Shown here: one piece after another, positions 29,047 through 38,786 of the stretch
Layout: each line of letters begins with the position of its first letter
How positions within the stretch are numbered: position 1 is the first letter of the stretch
DNA from: Patescibacteria group bacterium
Lineage (GTDB): Bacteria > Patescibacteriota > Patescibacteriia > Magasanikbacterales > UBA922
Assembly (NCBI GenBank): GCA_018823045.1
Contig: JAHJIX010000013.1
Span: 21,125-85,124, forward strand
Direction of reading: 5' to 3'
Length of the DNA: 64,000 nucleotides
Notes under the pieces: model-generated
Databases searched by the model: none
What the model saw: only the letters and a program-made list of their open reading frames with translations
What the model was told of the DNA's origin: nothing
Translations under genes and position numbers: made by a program

Positions 29047-31764
29047 TTAAGAAAGTAAGGAAATCACATCTTTCACAGGACCCTTAAATTCAACATCCTC
29101 AAATTCTTCAAAATGTTTTTCTCCACATTTAATTTTCAATTTTTCTGAATCACGTAAATTTTCAGTTTCATTTTTACCTTTACTTTCTACAACAAAATAT
29201 ATTTTTTTATCTCCATCAAAAACAACTGCCCAATCTGGATTATATGAACCAATAGGAGTTTCAATTTTAAACCAATATGGTAATTTAATATAAAATTTCA
29301 CATCCTCATTTGATTCTAAATCCTGTGCAAACTTATTTTCAATATCAGAGTCACAAATAATATAATTATACAAAGTTTTTTCTTGATTTTGTACTTGATA
29401 CATATTATCAATATATCCCTCTAATTCATCATTTTCAAAACTTTTCATCTCCCAACTATCTCCTACTATTCTTTCATATTTAATACCATCTATCATCATT
29501 TTATTTAATACTAAATTAATTTTCAAAGAAAAAATATCAATAAACTGTTGAGGGTTTTTGAAAACTCCTTCAATCTTTCCTGATTCTTTAATAATTCTTA
29601 AAATAGTATTTTTAGTAAGATTTGTTTTATTTTGAATATTCTCTAAAATATTAGGTATTCTAAAATTATAAATACTTATATCCTTTTCTTTGAAACTTTT
29701 CAAATGACTATCTACTTTCTCTCGCGTAAGATTCAAACTTACTTTTGTATTTTGCAATTTTACTACTTTAATTTCTACATTTTCTAACTCTTGAGCACAT
29801 TTTTCAATTAATTCTTCTGTATTATACTCTACTTGATAACGAGTTTTATGTTTTATTTTATCCCAAAGCTCCTTAAAGTTTTCATCTAATGCATAAGATT
29901 TTTTCAAATGAACTTTTTTCTTTTTTGCTTTGTTTTTTATTCTTCCCGTAAAATTCACTCCACAATCTTCTTCAATCTCTGTTTGTAATGTTTTCGCGAA
30001 ATCCTCATAACTTTCATTAGCAATAACAGTTAAAACATTGATGTTTTCATCAAAAATACGTATGCCTTCTTGATTTACAGGTAAACGTAAACCACGCCCA
30101 ATTTCTTGGCGTTTCTTCATTTCTGAATGTGATTCATTTAATGTACAAATTTGAAATACATTTGGATTATCCCATCCTTCACGCAAAGCTGAATGAGAAA
30201 ATATAAAACGAAGTGGTTCATCTAAAGATAATAATTTTTCTTTATGCTTCATAATAAGAGCATAAGTATCATCATCAACTTTTGTATTTCCCTTTGTATC
30301 TTTTAATAATCCTTTTTTATCTTGAGAAAAATATCCATTGTGAATTTTATCGATATCATTAGAAAGAAGCCCTTTATATTTTGGATTTTCTTTGAAATTA
30401 TTACATATTTCTTCAAACCACTCTGCAAACTTTCCTTGTAATACCTCACCATCTTGATAATTTCTATAATTCGCAACTTTATCAATAAAAAATAAAGATA
30501 AAACCTTAATTCCTTTTCCTTGCAATTTTTTTTCTCTATCTAAATGATTTTGGATAGTCTTTTGAATTTGAAATTTCATTATTTCATCACGATAATCCCC
30601 CTCAGAATGTCCAACATAAATATTTTTTCCATTTGAAAGTCCTATCATTTCTCCATCAACATCAATTTCATCTATAATATAATTATTTTTATATAATTCT
30701 CTTTCTCCCGACAATTTATATAAATCATCTCCTACTTTAACAGTAATTATTTTTTTACTTACTCCATTTTTATTTCCTACATCAATTTTAACCTTTGCAT
30801 TTACTCGTCTTTTTTGTGCATGAACTGATTTCAATTCCACAAAAGCTTGATTATAATTTTCTTCACTTACAATAGAATCTACTTCAATCTTTTTTACCAA
30901 TCCTAAATCATAGGCATCCACAGGATCAAGTTTATAGACAAGATTATAATGATGTTTATGTGTAGCAGAATAACGAAGAGTACAAATAGGATTTAAATTT
31001 TTAATTGCTTTTTTTCGTATATCAGTTTCCATGTTTTGAGGTTCATCTACGATAACAATAGGTTTTACCCCTTGAATATATTCCATAGGTACTCCCCAAT
31101 CACTATTTTTATAGATAATATTTTTTCCCTTTTTACTTGCACTAAATTTCGCAAAAGAATCAATATTAATCACTAATATTTGAAGAGCATTTGTTGTAGC
31201 AAAATTCTTTAATTGTCCTCGTTTCTTTGGATCATATACATAGAAATCCATTTCTGGATTTTCATAGAGCATAGAAAAATGATCTTTTGTAATTTGAAGA
31301 TTTTTTATTACACCTTCTTTAATAGCAATACTAGGAACCACAATAACGAATTTTTTAAATCCATATTGCTTATATAATTCATGAATAGTACGCAGATATA
31401 CATAAGTTTTTCCAGTACCCGTTTCCATTTCTACTGAGAAGTTCATTCCTGAACTTAAACTAACAGTATTATCATCCCAAAGCTCTTCTTTTTGCCAAAT
31501 TAATTCTTTATTCCACAAATTATCTTCGTCTGAAATCTCAATGTTATTATTTTGTTGAATATCTATCAAATTTTTCTTTATAATTGCAGGCTCCAATAAC
31601 AATTTATTTCCAACCAAAAAACTATTTATAATAGGTAATTGGCCTAATACTTGTGATAATTCTAAAGAAAAGTCACTACCATTTGGCTGACCTTTAAAAA
31701 TATCTGTTATTGATTTTATAGCATCAAGCTGATATTGCTGTGATGGATCAAATTGAAGTTTCAT
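29047..31764 (-). CDS. res: Type III restriction endonuclease Res subunit (SF2 helicase-nuclease)
   Basis: 905 aa; Walker A ETGTGKTY; motif II VIVDEPQN; helicase motifs; C-terminal PD-(D/E)xK-like region. Confidence 0.85.
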   Translation of the reverse strand: MKLQFDPSQQYQLDAIKSITDIFKGQPNGSDFSLELSQVLGQLPIINSFLVGNKLLLEPAIIKKNLIDIQQNNNIEISDEDNLWNKELIWQKEELWDDNTVSLSSGMNFSVEMETGTGKTYVYLRTIHELYKQYGFKKFVIVVPSIAIKEGVIKNLQITKDHFSMLYENPEMDFYVYDPKKRGQLKNFATTNALQILVINIDSFAKFSASKKGKNIIYKNSDWGVPMEYIQGVKPIVIVDEPQNMETDIRKKAIKNLNPICTLRYSATHKHHYNLVYKLDPVDAYDLGLVKKIEVDSIVSEENYNQAFVELKSVHAQKRRVNAKVKIDVGNKNGVSKKIITVKVGDDLYKLSGERELYKNNYIIDEIDVDGEMIGLSNGKNIYVGHSEGDYRDEIMKFQIQKTIQNHLDREKKLQGKGIKVLSLFFIDKVANYRNYQDGEVLQGKFAEWFEEICNNFKENPKYKGLLSNDIDKIHNGYFSQDKKGLLKDTKGNTKVDDDTYALIMKHKEKLLSLDEPLRFIFSHSALREGWDNPNVFQICTLNESHSEMKKRQEIGRGLRLPVNQEGIRIFDENINVLTVIANESYEDFAKTLQTEIEEDCGVNFTGRIKNKAKKKKVHLKKSYALDENFKELWDKIKHKTRYQVEYNTEELIEKCAQELENVEIKVVKLQNTKVSLNLTREKVDSHLKSFKEKDISIYNFRIPNILENIQNKTNLTKNTILRIIKESGKIEGVFKNPQQFIDIFSLKINLVLNKMMIDGIKYERIVGDSWEMKSFENDELEGYIDNMYQVQNQEKTLYNYIICDSDIENKFAQDLESNEDVKFYIKLPYWFKIETPIGSYNPDWAVVFDGDKKIYFVVESKGKNETENLRDSEKLKIKCGEKHFEEFEDVEFKGPVKDVISLLS

Positions 31765-31892
31765 AAGTTATTTTTTCTAATATTTTTTTCTCTAGCTAAT
31801 TTAAAACTAGTTTAAATTAAAAGATAGACCTTAATTTAGATAAAAAACACACTCTCTAACTAATCTCTAACTAATTCAGATCTAATTTTGAA

Positions 31893-32420
31893 CTAGTTTA
31901 AATCTAAATTATTTATAATTTTTTCAACGAAAACAGTGCAAAAATGTAACATATTAATAAATATTTCCCAATGATTAAATAATGTATCAAATATCACCAA
32001 AAACAGAACTCCTAAAAAAATCTTTAATTTAAACAAATTATATAACTTTTGAAAAATAGTATTTATAATTTCTATAAAATCAAATCTATACTCATCTATT
32101 TTCTTTACAAAGATTCTTCCAATAACTAAAGAACCAATTAAAAAAACATATTCTTTCATATTTACATTTCCTGTTTTAGATAAAGCAGCAATAATAACGT
32201 ATCCAACAAGAATTAAGACAAAAGCAGATGTTGAAAAATTTCTATTAACAGTATTTATAAAATTTTCAGGAACACGACTCCAATCACCCCCAGAATAACC
32301 AGAAGGAAGCTCCTCTGCAGGAGCAGAATCAACAGCTGTAATATTTCTATTGTCTAAACCCAGAGGCACAAAATCTCGCAAATCATCGTAACCTATCCCT
32401 CTAGTTTCATTATCATCCAT
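31893..32420 (-). CDS. hypothetical 3-TM membrane protein embedded between mod and res
   Basis: 175 aa; soluble N-terminal ~60 aa then three hydrophobic helices; no homology recognised. Confidence 0.5.
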   Translation of the reverse strand: MDDNETRGIGYDDLRDFVPLGLDNRNITAVDSAPAEELPSGYSGGDWSRVPENFINTVNRNFSTSAFVLILVGYVIIAALSKTGNVNMKEYVFLIGSLVIGRIFVKKIDEYRFDFIEIINTIFQKLYNLFKLKIFLGVLFLVIFDTLFNHWEIFINMLHFCTVFVEKIINNLDLN

Positions 32421-32426
32421 ATCTAC

Positions 32427-33200
32427 CTAATTATCTAAACTAAAAAAATAATCAATAAATCCTTTAAATTTTTTTTCTATACTAGAACTACTCTCAAGAG
32501 CCCATTCTTTCAACTTATCTAAATTGTCAAAATTTAAATCTTTTTGACTTAAATCAATATCAAAATAGATACCACTCTTATGATTAAAACTATCATATAA
32601 ATCATTTTTAAATATTTTACTGATAACCTCATTCTTAGTCATAGGTCCTGTAGTAAAATTAACAAATTTTGCATCACTTTGCATATTTATTGCTAAAAAC
32701 CCAGTATCTACTATTTTTCCACCCATTTTCTTTTCTATTACACCTGAATCTTTCAACATTATGTTTTTATAAATACTTTTTACTTCATCTACACCAATTC
32801 CATATTTATGATAAAATATAGAACTTTTTATTCCTATCCGCGAAATATCACCAACTTTATATTTTTTAAATTCATCTAAAATTTCAAAAAGTTTATTTAT
32901 ATAATCTTTAAAATCTTCAAAATCGTTACTAACCTCTATTTGTAATCCAAAGTTTTCCCAACTAAAAAATAAAATTTTATCAAAATTATTATTTGCAATA
33001 TCAAACCGTGAACCAGTCAATTTAAGATTTTCCCAATCCATTTTCTTTATAATATAATCTCCCATTTCTCCTTTATAATCCATAAAAGTGAGATTTCTAT
33101 TTTTAAACCGTATTTCAAATGTATGCCTAGCAATAAAATGATCTTTTTGCTTTTTACCCATAAAAATAAAATTATATAACCTTAAAATCAATCTTTGCAC
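32427..33200 (-). CDS. hypothetical cytoplasmic protein embedded between mod and res
   Basis: 257-aa ORF (likely start MGKKQKDHF near 33161), K/D/F-rich, no recognisable motif; overlaps mod stop. Confidence 0.5.
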   Translation of the reverse strand: MQRLILRLYNFIFMGKKQKDHFIARHTFEIRFKNRNLTFMDYKGEMGDYIIKKMDWENLKLTGSRFDIANNNFDKILFFSWENFGLQIEVSNDFEDFKDYINKLFEILDEFKKYKVGDISRIGIKSSIFYHKYGIGVDEVKSIYKNIMLKDSGVIEKKMGGKIVDTGFLAINMQSDAKFVNFTTGPMTKNEVISKIFKNDLYDSFNHKSGIYFDIDLSQKDLNFDNLDKLKEWALESSSSIEKKFKGFIDYFFSLDN

Positions 33201-35163
33201 TTGCCATTTGCAAAAATGTATTTTTCTTTAATTGATCAAGTGCACCAAAAGCTTCATCAAGACATATAAATTTTTCTGGTTTACCTGCCAAAATAGCATC
33301 AATTAAATTTTTATTCACTCCATTTTCAAGACAAATAGCTAATTTACCATTATTAATAGAAAAATAACTCGTATTTCCAACATCCTTCTTTTCAACAGAT
33401 ACATTCAAATCTAAACCACTTTTCAAAACTAATTCATACAAAATGTTTTCTTGTGTAGAATCTTCTTTCACATTATCTACAAAAAAATCCATTTGTCTCA
33501 ATAATTGTTCTACATCTTTTACATCATTTCTCCAAATCTTGAAATTACTTTCTTCAAGTTTGAATACTTTAAAACCAAGATCAAAAGTATCATCTAATTG
33601 CTTTTCTTCTTTTATTTTCTTTCCAGCACGTCGAATACGTTCTTTTGCAATATCAGCAATTGTTTTATATCCTGCTTTATAAGCTTCACTTTTTTCATCA
33701 CAAAGTTCTGGAAGTTGCACAGATATACACTTACGATTTCCACCATGTTCAGCATTCAGTGCCATTACTGCGTGTGCTGTTGTTGCTGAACCTGCAAAGA
33801 AATCTAAAATCATGTCACCATCTTGAACTACAAAATTACATAATCTATTTAAAATATTAATTGATTTAGGGTTATTAAAAACTGATCTACCGATAAGATT
33901 ATCGACAATTTTAGAAGAGCTTCTACCATCCTCATAAATCATTGTTTTTAATGCATCCCTTGCATTTTCTAATCTTTTTTTAGGCTTAATAAGTACATTA
34001 TGATCTACCCCAAAAAGGATATTATCCTCTTTTATCATATTATCTAAAGTTTCTTTGGGAAACCTAAATCCTTTATCAGGAATTTTACAAACTTTTCCCG
34101 TTTCAGGATGAATAACATCATATCGATAACCTCCAAATTTTGTATTTGCAATATCACCATCATGAAAAACACCTCTTTTATCTACATTATCATAATGAGA
34201 AACTTTAGGTAATTCATTTTTATGTTCTTTTATCCATGTCCGTAATTCTTTTTGAATTAAATTTAAATTATTAATATATTTTTGTTTTAACTCATCATAC
34301 TTAATTTGTATTTTTAAAGCATTGTTATTTTTTCCAATCCAAAAACCCTGTTTAATTTTATCCTTAGCATAACAAATAATATATTCATGTTCAGTATTAA
34401 TTTGAGTTGGATTATTATCTGTAGCTGTTTGAATTATTAAACTACCCAAAAAATTCTCCTCCCCAAATATTTCATTCATTATCATCCTCAAATTATGTAC
34501 CTCATTATCATCAATACTCACAAAAATCACCCCATCGTCCTTCATCAAGTTTCTCGCTAAAAAAAGACGTGGATACATCATATTAAGCCAATCAGAATGA
34601 TAATGTCCTCTATCTTTTGAATTTTTCATCAGCCCATCATTCCTATAATTTCCTTCATCATCAACAATTCCAGCATCTTCCTCATAATCTGACTTTTTTT
34701 GTTTGAAATTATCATTATAAATAAAATCATTTCCTGTATTATACGGAGGATCAATATAAATCATCTTTACCTTTCCATAATACGATTTTTGCAAAACCTT
34801 TAAAACATCAAGATTATCTCCCTCAATAAAAAGATTTTCTGTTGCATCAAAATTCACCGACTCTTCTCGAATAGGTTTTAAAGTTGAAGTTGTAGGTTCT
34901 TGAATTACACGAAAACAATTACTTTTCCCTGCCCAATTCATTCCATATTGTTCTATATTCATCTCTACCTCATCTCCCAAGGTCTGTTTCAACCTATCAC
35001 AATCTATTTTACCTTCTGTAAAGATTTCGGGAAATTTTTCTCGTATCATTGCCAAAAGTTCTTCTTGAGCATTAAGTGATTTTCCATTCATTGTATTGTT
35101 TTTCATACTAAAATATTTCAATTTGTATAAATATAGAATAACGCGTATTCCACGGATTGTCAA
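33172..35163 (-). CDS. mod: Type III restriction-modification methyltransferase Mod (N6-adenine)
   Basis: DPPY motif IYIDPPYNTGNDF; SAM-binding region; likely true start MKNNTMNGKS at 35106. Confidence 0.85.
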   Translation of the reverse strand: MTIRGIRVILYLYKLKYFSMKNNTMNGKSLNAQEELLAMIREKFPEIFTEGKIDCDRLKQTLGDEVEMNIEQYGMNWAGKSNCFRVIQEPTTSTLKPIREESVNFDATENLFIEGDNLDVLKVLQKSYYGKVKMIYIDPPYNTGNDFIYNDNFKQKKSDYEEDAGIVDDEGNYRNDGLMKNSKDRGHYHSDWLNMMYPRLFLARNLMKDDGVIFVSIDDNEVHNLRMIMNEIFGEENFLGSLIIQTATDNNPTQINTEHEYIICYAKDKIKQGFWIGKNNNALKIQIKYDELKQKYINNLNLIQKELRTWIKEHKNELPKVSHYDNVDKRGVFHDGDIANTKFGGYRYDVIHPETGKVCKIPDKGFRFPKETLDNMIKEDNILFGVDHNVLIKPKKRLENARDALKTMIYEDGRSSSKIVDNLIGRSVFNNPKSINILNRLCNFVVQDGDMILDFFAGSATTAHAVMALNAEHGGNRKCISVQLPELCDEKSEAYKAGYKTIADIAKERIRRAGKKIKEEKQLDDTFDLGFKVFKLEESNFKIWRNDVKDVEQLLRQMDFFVDNVKEDSTQENILYELVLKSGLDLNVSVEKKDVGNTSYFSINNGKLAICLENGVNKNLIDAILAGKPEKFICLDEAFGALDQLKKNTFLQMASAKIDFKVI

Positions 35164-35226
35164 ACCTATAAAATGCTAAATTAAGATAAAAAAATGATAT
35201 TAGATCTATCATATTTAACAAAATAC

Positions 35227-35255
35227 TTGACAACTCAAGTACTTTACAATATACT
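35227..35255 (+). promoter_or_regulatory. sigma70-type promoter (TTGACA-17-TATACT) for the MarR gene
   Basis: TTGACA 35227-35232; TATACT 35250-35255. Confidence 0.5.
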
Positions 35256-35289
35256 AAACATATACTTGACTAATCAACTAATAATTATT

Positions 35290-35724
35290 ATGAATAACAC
35301 AAACCTCAACACACTCCTTCACCTCAATAAAGCACACACCGCCCTTACCAAACGATTTGATCGTGGTATGGGCAATGGTATTGGATTTAACGAATTTCTT
35401 ATTCTCTTTTATATTCATCAAGCAGACAATACACAACTCCGCCGAATTGACCTTGCCGAAAAAATAGGAATTACGGCATCAGGCATTACTCGCCTCCTCC
35501 TCCCTATGGAAAAGATAGGGCTTATACAAACAGTCGCAAATCAAGGAGATGATGCACGAGTACGTATGGTAAAAATAACAAAAGGAGGAAAAGAAAAAAT
35601 GAATGAAGCACAAGAGCAACTTGATCTCTTTCTTGCAGAAGTATTTAAATGTATTGATGATAAAAATAAAGAGCTCCTTTCTGACATGCTTATACAGATA
35701 GGTGGCAAAGCGTTGATGCTTTAA
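35290..35724 (+). CDS. MarR-family transcriptional regulator
   Basis: Winged-helix region LRRIDLAEKIGITASGITRLLLPMEKIGLIQT. The annotated ORF begins at 35194, but ATG 35290 (MNNTNL) fits the promoter. Confidence 0.7.
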   Translation: MNNTNLNTLLHLNKAHTALTKRFDRGMGNGIGFNEFLILFYIHQADNTQLRRIDLAEKIGITASGITRLLLPMEKIGLIQTVANQGDDARVRMVKITKGGKEKMNEAQEQLDLFLAEVFKCIDDKNKELLSDMLIQIGGKALML

Positions 35725-35752
35725 AATTTAAAAAGAAAATACCCTTTTTCCA

Positions 35753-36808
35753 TTACTCCTCTCCCTCCAATACCCTCTTGATCTCCCGGTCAAAATCTGA
35801 CTCAAAAAGTCTATCCTGCACAATTCTATATTTTTCAAATTGTGTTTCTGCATGTAACTTAGCTTGTTCACGACTCATCTTTCCACTATTCATCAAAATT
35901 TCTCTGTCATTAAATTCTAAAAAAGAATCAAGCCTTTTGCTCCAATCTTCCATAGTCATCGGAATATTTCTCTCTGCCTGCATTTCTGCATAATCCAAAT
36001 ACATAGAAACAAGTCTTTCGAGAAAATTTATTTCTTTTGAATTGAGGTAATTCTTTGCGATACTTACATCATATTTTTGAATTTTGCCATTTGGGGCATC
36101 AGCCCAACTGGTCAATCCCATATTTTCTTTTTCTGCATTCGCTCTTTCAACAATCAACTCTGCAGCGGTATGCCTATGTACTGCATAATGTAATTTATTT
36201 TGAACAATTTTAAAAAATGTTATTGTCGTCGGAGCAGAAGAATCATAATCAACACTCATGGCATAGATATCTGTTACTTTTTGGTAAAACATTCTTTCAC
36301 TCAATCGAATTTCTCTAATTTTTTGCAATTGACGCTCAAAAAAGACTTTATCAAATTGATTTGCTTTTTTGAGCCTCTCAGTGTCCATCGTCCACCCTTG
36401 AATCGTGTAATCTTTTACTATTTGCCTTGCCCATTTACGAAATTGCACGGCTCTTTCATTTTCTATTTTGAATCCAATAGAAATAATTGTCTGAAGATTA
36501 TAATGTGTTGCATTGTAATTTTTTCCATCAGAAGCAGTTATTAAGTATTGCTTAATAACTGCTTCATCAATTTCATTATCATCAGAAAGCCTTTTTAAAT
36601 GCTGATTGATTGCAGACACAGAAACTCCATACATTTCTGCCATCATCTTTTGAGTCATCCATATATTTTCGTCTTCATATCTCACTTCTATACTTTCAGG
36701 ATCATTCCCAGTAGAAGACACAAAAGTCAAATACTGTGCAGTACTTGCTTGTATCACTTGTGGAAATGATTGTTTCTTTTCTTTTTTTGACATAAAAAAT
36801 ACTGGCAT
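35753..36808 (-). CDS. RhuM-family protein (virulence/defence-island associated DNA-binding protein)
   Basis: N-terminal ENIWMTQKMMAEMYGVSVSAINQHLK and conserved core typical of the RhuM family. Confidence 0.7.
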   Translation of the reverse strand: MPVFFMSKKEKKQSFPQVIQASTAQYLTFVSSTGNDPESIEVRYEDENIWMTQKMMAEMYGVSVSAINQHLKRLSDDNEIDEAVIKQYLITASDGKNYNATHYNLQTIISIGFKIENERAVQFRKWARQIVKDYTIQGWTMDTERLKKANQFDKVFFERQLQKIREIRLSERMFYQKVTDIYAMSVDYDSSAPTTITFFKIVQNKLHYAVHRHTAAELIVERANAEKENMGLTSWADAPNGKIQKYDVSIAKNYLNSKEINFLERLVSMYLDYAEMQAERNIPMTMEDWSKRLDSFLEFNDREILMNSGKMSREQAKLHAETQFEKYRIVQDRLFESDFDREIKRVLEGEE

Positions 36809-36910
36809 TATATAAACACTCTTCTATACTGCCAGTATACACCCCAAAAAAGCCCAGTGTCAAACCAATAAAACACCCCTATATATAAGCAAATATATTA
36901 CAAAAGCAAA

Positions 36911-36938
36911 TTACTAGTATAATACGTTATACTAGTAA
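36911..36938. promoter_or_regulatory. perfect 11-bp inverted repeat operator (TTACTAGTATA-N6-TATACTAGTAA) upstream of rhuM
   Basis: Seen directly; overlaps a TATAAT-like hexamer. Confidence 0.5.
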
Positions 36939-37004
36939 TTTAAAACACCAATTTTACTGCTAAATTAAGCAATAAAAAATTCAATTTTCTTGTTAGAAAA
37001 AACA

Positions 37005-37040
37005 AAAAACAGCCTAAAATCACTATTTTTAAGCTGTTTT
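37005..37040 (-). terminator. intrinsic terminator of the small Cys-rich gene
   Basis: aacagcctaaaa / ttttaagctgtt stem with T-run. Confidence 0.55.
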
Positions 37041-37065
37041 CATATATTTTATGTATTTCAAATCC

Positions 37066-37233
37066 CTAATTTCCACACTCCCCACCACAACAAGGATATC
37101 CATCTTCTGCTTCTTTTTTATCAGGACAACAATGTTTACAATGGGGGCACTCTTTATCTTCATCCTCACAATGCAATGGGCACTTTAAATGATCGTTTAA
37201 TGGAGCACCGCATGCACATTTTTTTTCTTCCAT
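37066..37233 (-). CDS. small cysteine-rich protein (55 aa, 13 Cys, metallothionein-like or zinc-ribbon-like)
   Basis: My own translation: MEEKKCACGAPLNDHLKCPLHCEDEDKECPHCKHCCPDKKEAEDGYPCCGGECGN. Below the ORF-track cutoff; followed by terminator 37005..37040. Confidence 0.45.
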   Translation of the reverse strand: MEEKKCACGAPLNDHLKCPLHCEDEDKECPHCKHCCPDKKEAEDGYPCCGGECGN

Positions 37234-37289
37234 ATGTCCCGTGTATTAGAAATTATACTTTTAGTATAGCATATATTTTGTGACATCCC

Positions 37290-38006
37290 CTACTCCACCA
37301 AAAGAATATCTTTAATCACAACATCTTGTAAAGGATGGTCTTTTTCGTCTGTTTGTAAATTTTCGATAAAATGCACAACATCCATACCTGCAATAACAGA
37401 ACCGAAATGCGTATGCTTACCATCAAGCCAAGGCGTATTTTCTGCGGTGACAATAAAAAACTGTGACCCATTTGTATTTGGCCCTGAGTTTGCCATCACT
37501 AAACTGGCATACACAATTGGTCGCCCAGTTACTTCATCAATAAAACTATAGCCTGGGCCACCTGCGCCATCATTTGTTATATCATTATCTTTGGTCAGTG
37601 GATCTCCCCCTTGAATCATAAATCCAGGGATGACTCGATGAAATGTCGTACCGTTATAAAAACCTTTTTTTACAAGAGTCAAAAAGTTGTTCACGGCAAG
37701 CGGTGCCTCATTTGAGTAAAAAGCAACTTGAATTGATCCGATCGTTGTTTGAATAATTGCACCGCTATATTGACCAGCAAGTATCTCAATTGGCATATCT
37801 GCTTGCTCGTCTTTTTGTGTATCTTCAACTGGTTTATTCAATTTTTTTCCCTCAGAAACTGCCTCTAATTGCTCCATAACATCGGTATAGCCATCGTTGA
37901 CAGTTTCAATACCAGTGATTTCTTTTTGTGTATATGAGATAGGAGCCGTTGTTGTACCACAACCAACAAGAAATATACTCAACAAAAAAACAATACTATA
38001 TTTCAT
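37290..38006 (-). CDS. peptidyl-prolyl cis-trans isomerase, cyclophilin type, lipoprotein
   Basis: Lipobox [10 protein letters not shown]; cyclophilin motif [15 protein letters not shown]. Confidence 0.88.
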   Translation of the reverse strand: MKYSIVFLLSIFLVGCGTTTAPISYTQKEITGIETVNDGYTDVMEQLEAVSEGKKLNKPVEDTQKDEQADMPIEILAGQYSGAIIQTTIGSIQVAFYSNEAPLAVNNFLTLVKKGFYNGTTFHRVIPGFMIQGGDPLTKDNDITNDGAGGPGYSFIDEVTGRPIVYASLVMANSGPNTNGSQFFIVTAENTPWLDGKHTHFGSVIAGMDVVHFIENLQTDEKDHPLQDVVIKDILLVE

Positions 38007-38015
38007 ACAAATATA

Positions 38016-38786
38016 TTAACGAATAAAAGCTTCTTGTACTTTTTCTGCAAAGATTTTTTGAATGCCATTCATTTCACTTGGTAAAAACGCTTGATACTCT
38101 GCAAATGCTAGGTCAAGTGTTTTCCCAGGACGAAATGTTTGGCCATACCATTTTTTTGCTCCTGCAATCATCTCTGCCATATCTTTAAGAGAAGCCTCCG
38201 AATGGATGTCTTTAACCAAAGTACTGCGAAATTCATAGGGAATTTCTTTTGACATAATCAATGCAATACTTTTTTGTATACGAGTCGCATCACCGGCAGG
38301 TCCTACAAGTCCCCCATACCCCGCTACATCACTTTTAAGATCCATAGCAACATAATCAATCAACTCTTGATCGTAAGCAGCAGCAAGCACCTCAGGATTT
38401 GATCCATTAGTATCTAATTTTACTAAAAATCCCATGTCTTTTATTTTTTTCATCACATCAAGCAAATCTTTTTGCAAGGTTGGTTCTCCACCACTAATAA
38501 CAACGCCATCAAGCTTCCCTTTGCGCTCTGTTAAAAATCGCAATACTGGTTCTTCGGTAAAAAAACTATGTTGTAATTCTTTTATTTTTTCTGGTAAAAC
38601 AAATTCAGGATTATGGCAATACCCACAACGAAAATTACAGCCGGGAGTAAAAATAATACAGGCTGTTTTTTCTGGATAATCAAGGACAGTAAATTTTTGA
38701 ATGCCGCTAATAAACATATAAATAATAAAAAATAGTATATATGAGCACTGTGAACTAAATACGTCATTGCGAGGTGGCGATAGCAC
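38016..38786 (-). CDS. nrdG: anaerobic ribonucleoside-triphosphate reductase activating protein (radical SAM)
   Basis: CNFRCGYCHNPE cluster motif; downstream of nrdD; likely true start MFISGIQ near 38717. Confidence 0.8.
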   Translation of the reverse strand: MLSPPRNDVFSSQCSYILFFIIYMFISGIQKFTVLDYPEKTACIIFTPGCNFRCGYCHNPEFVLPEKIKELQHSFFTEEPVLRFLTERKGKLDGVVISGGEPTLQKDLLDVMKKIKDMGFLVKLDTNGSNPEVLAAAYDQELIDYVAMDLKSDVAGYGGLVGPAGDATRIQKSIALIMSKEIPYEFRSTLVKDIHSEASLKDMAEMIAGAKKWYGQTFRPGKTLDLAFAEYQAFLPSEMNGIQKIFAEKVQEAFIR

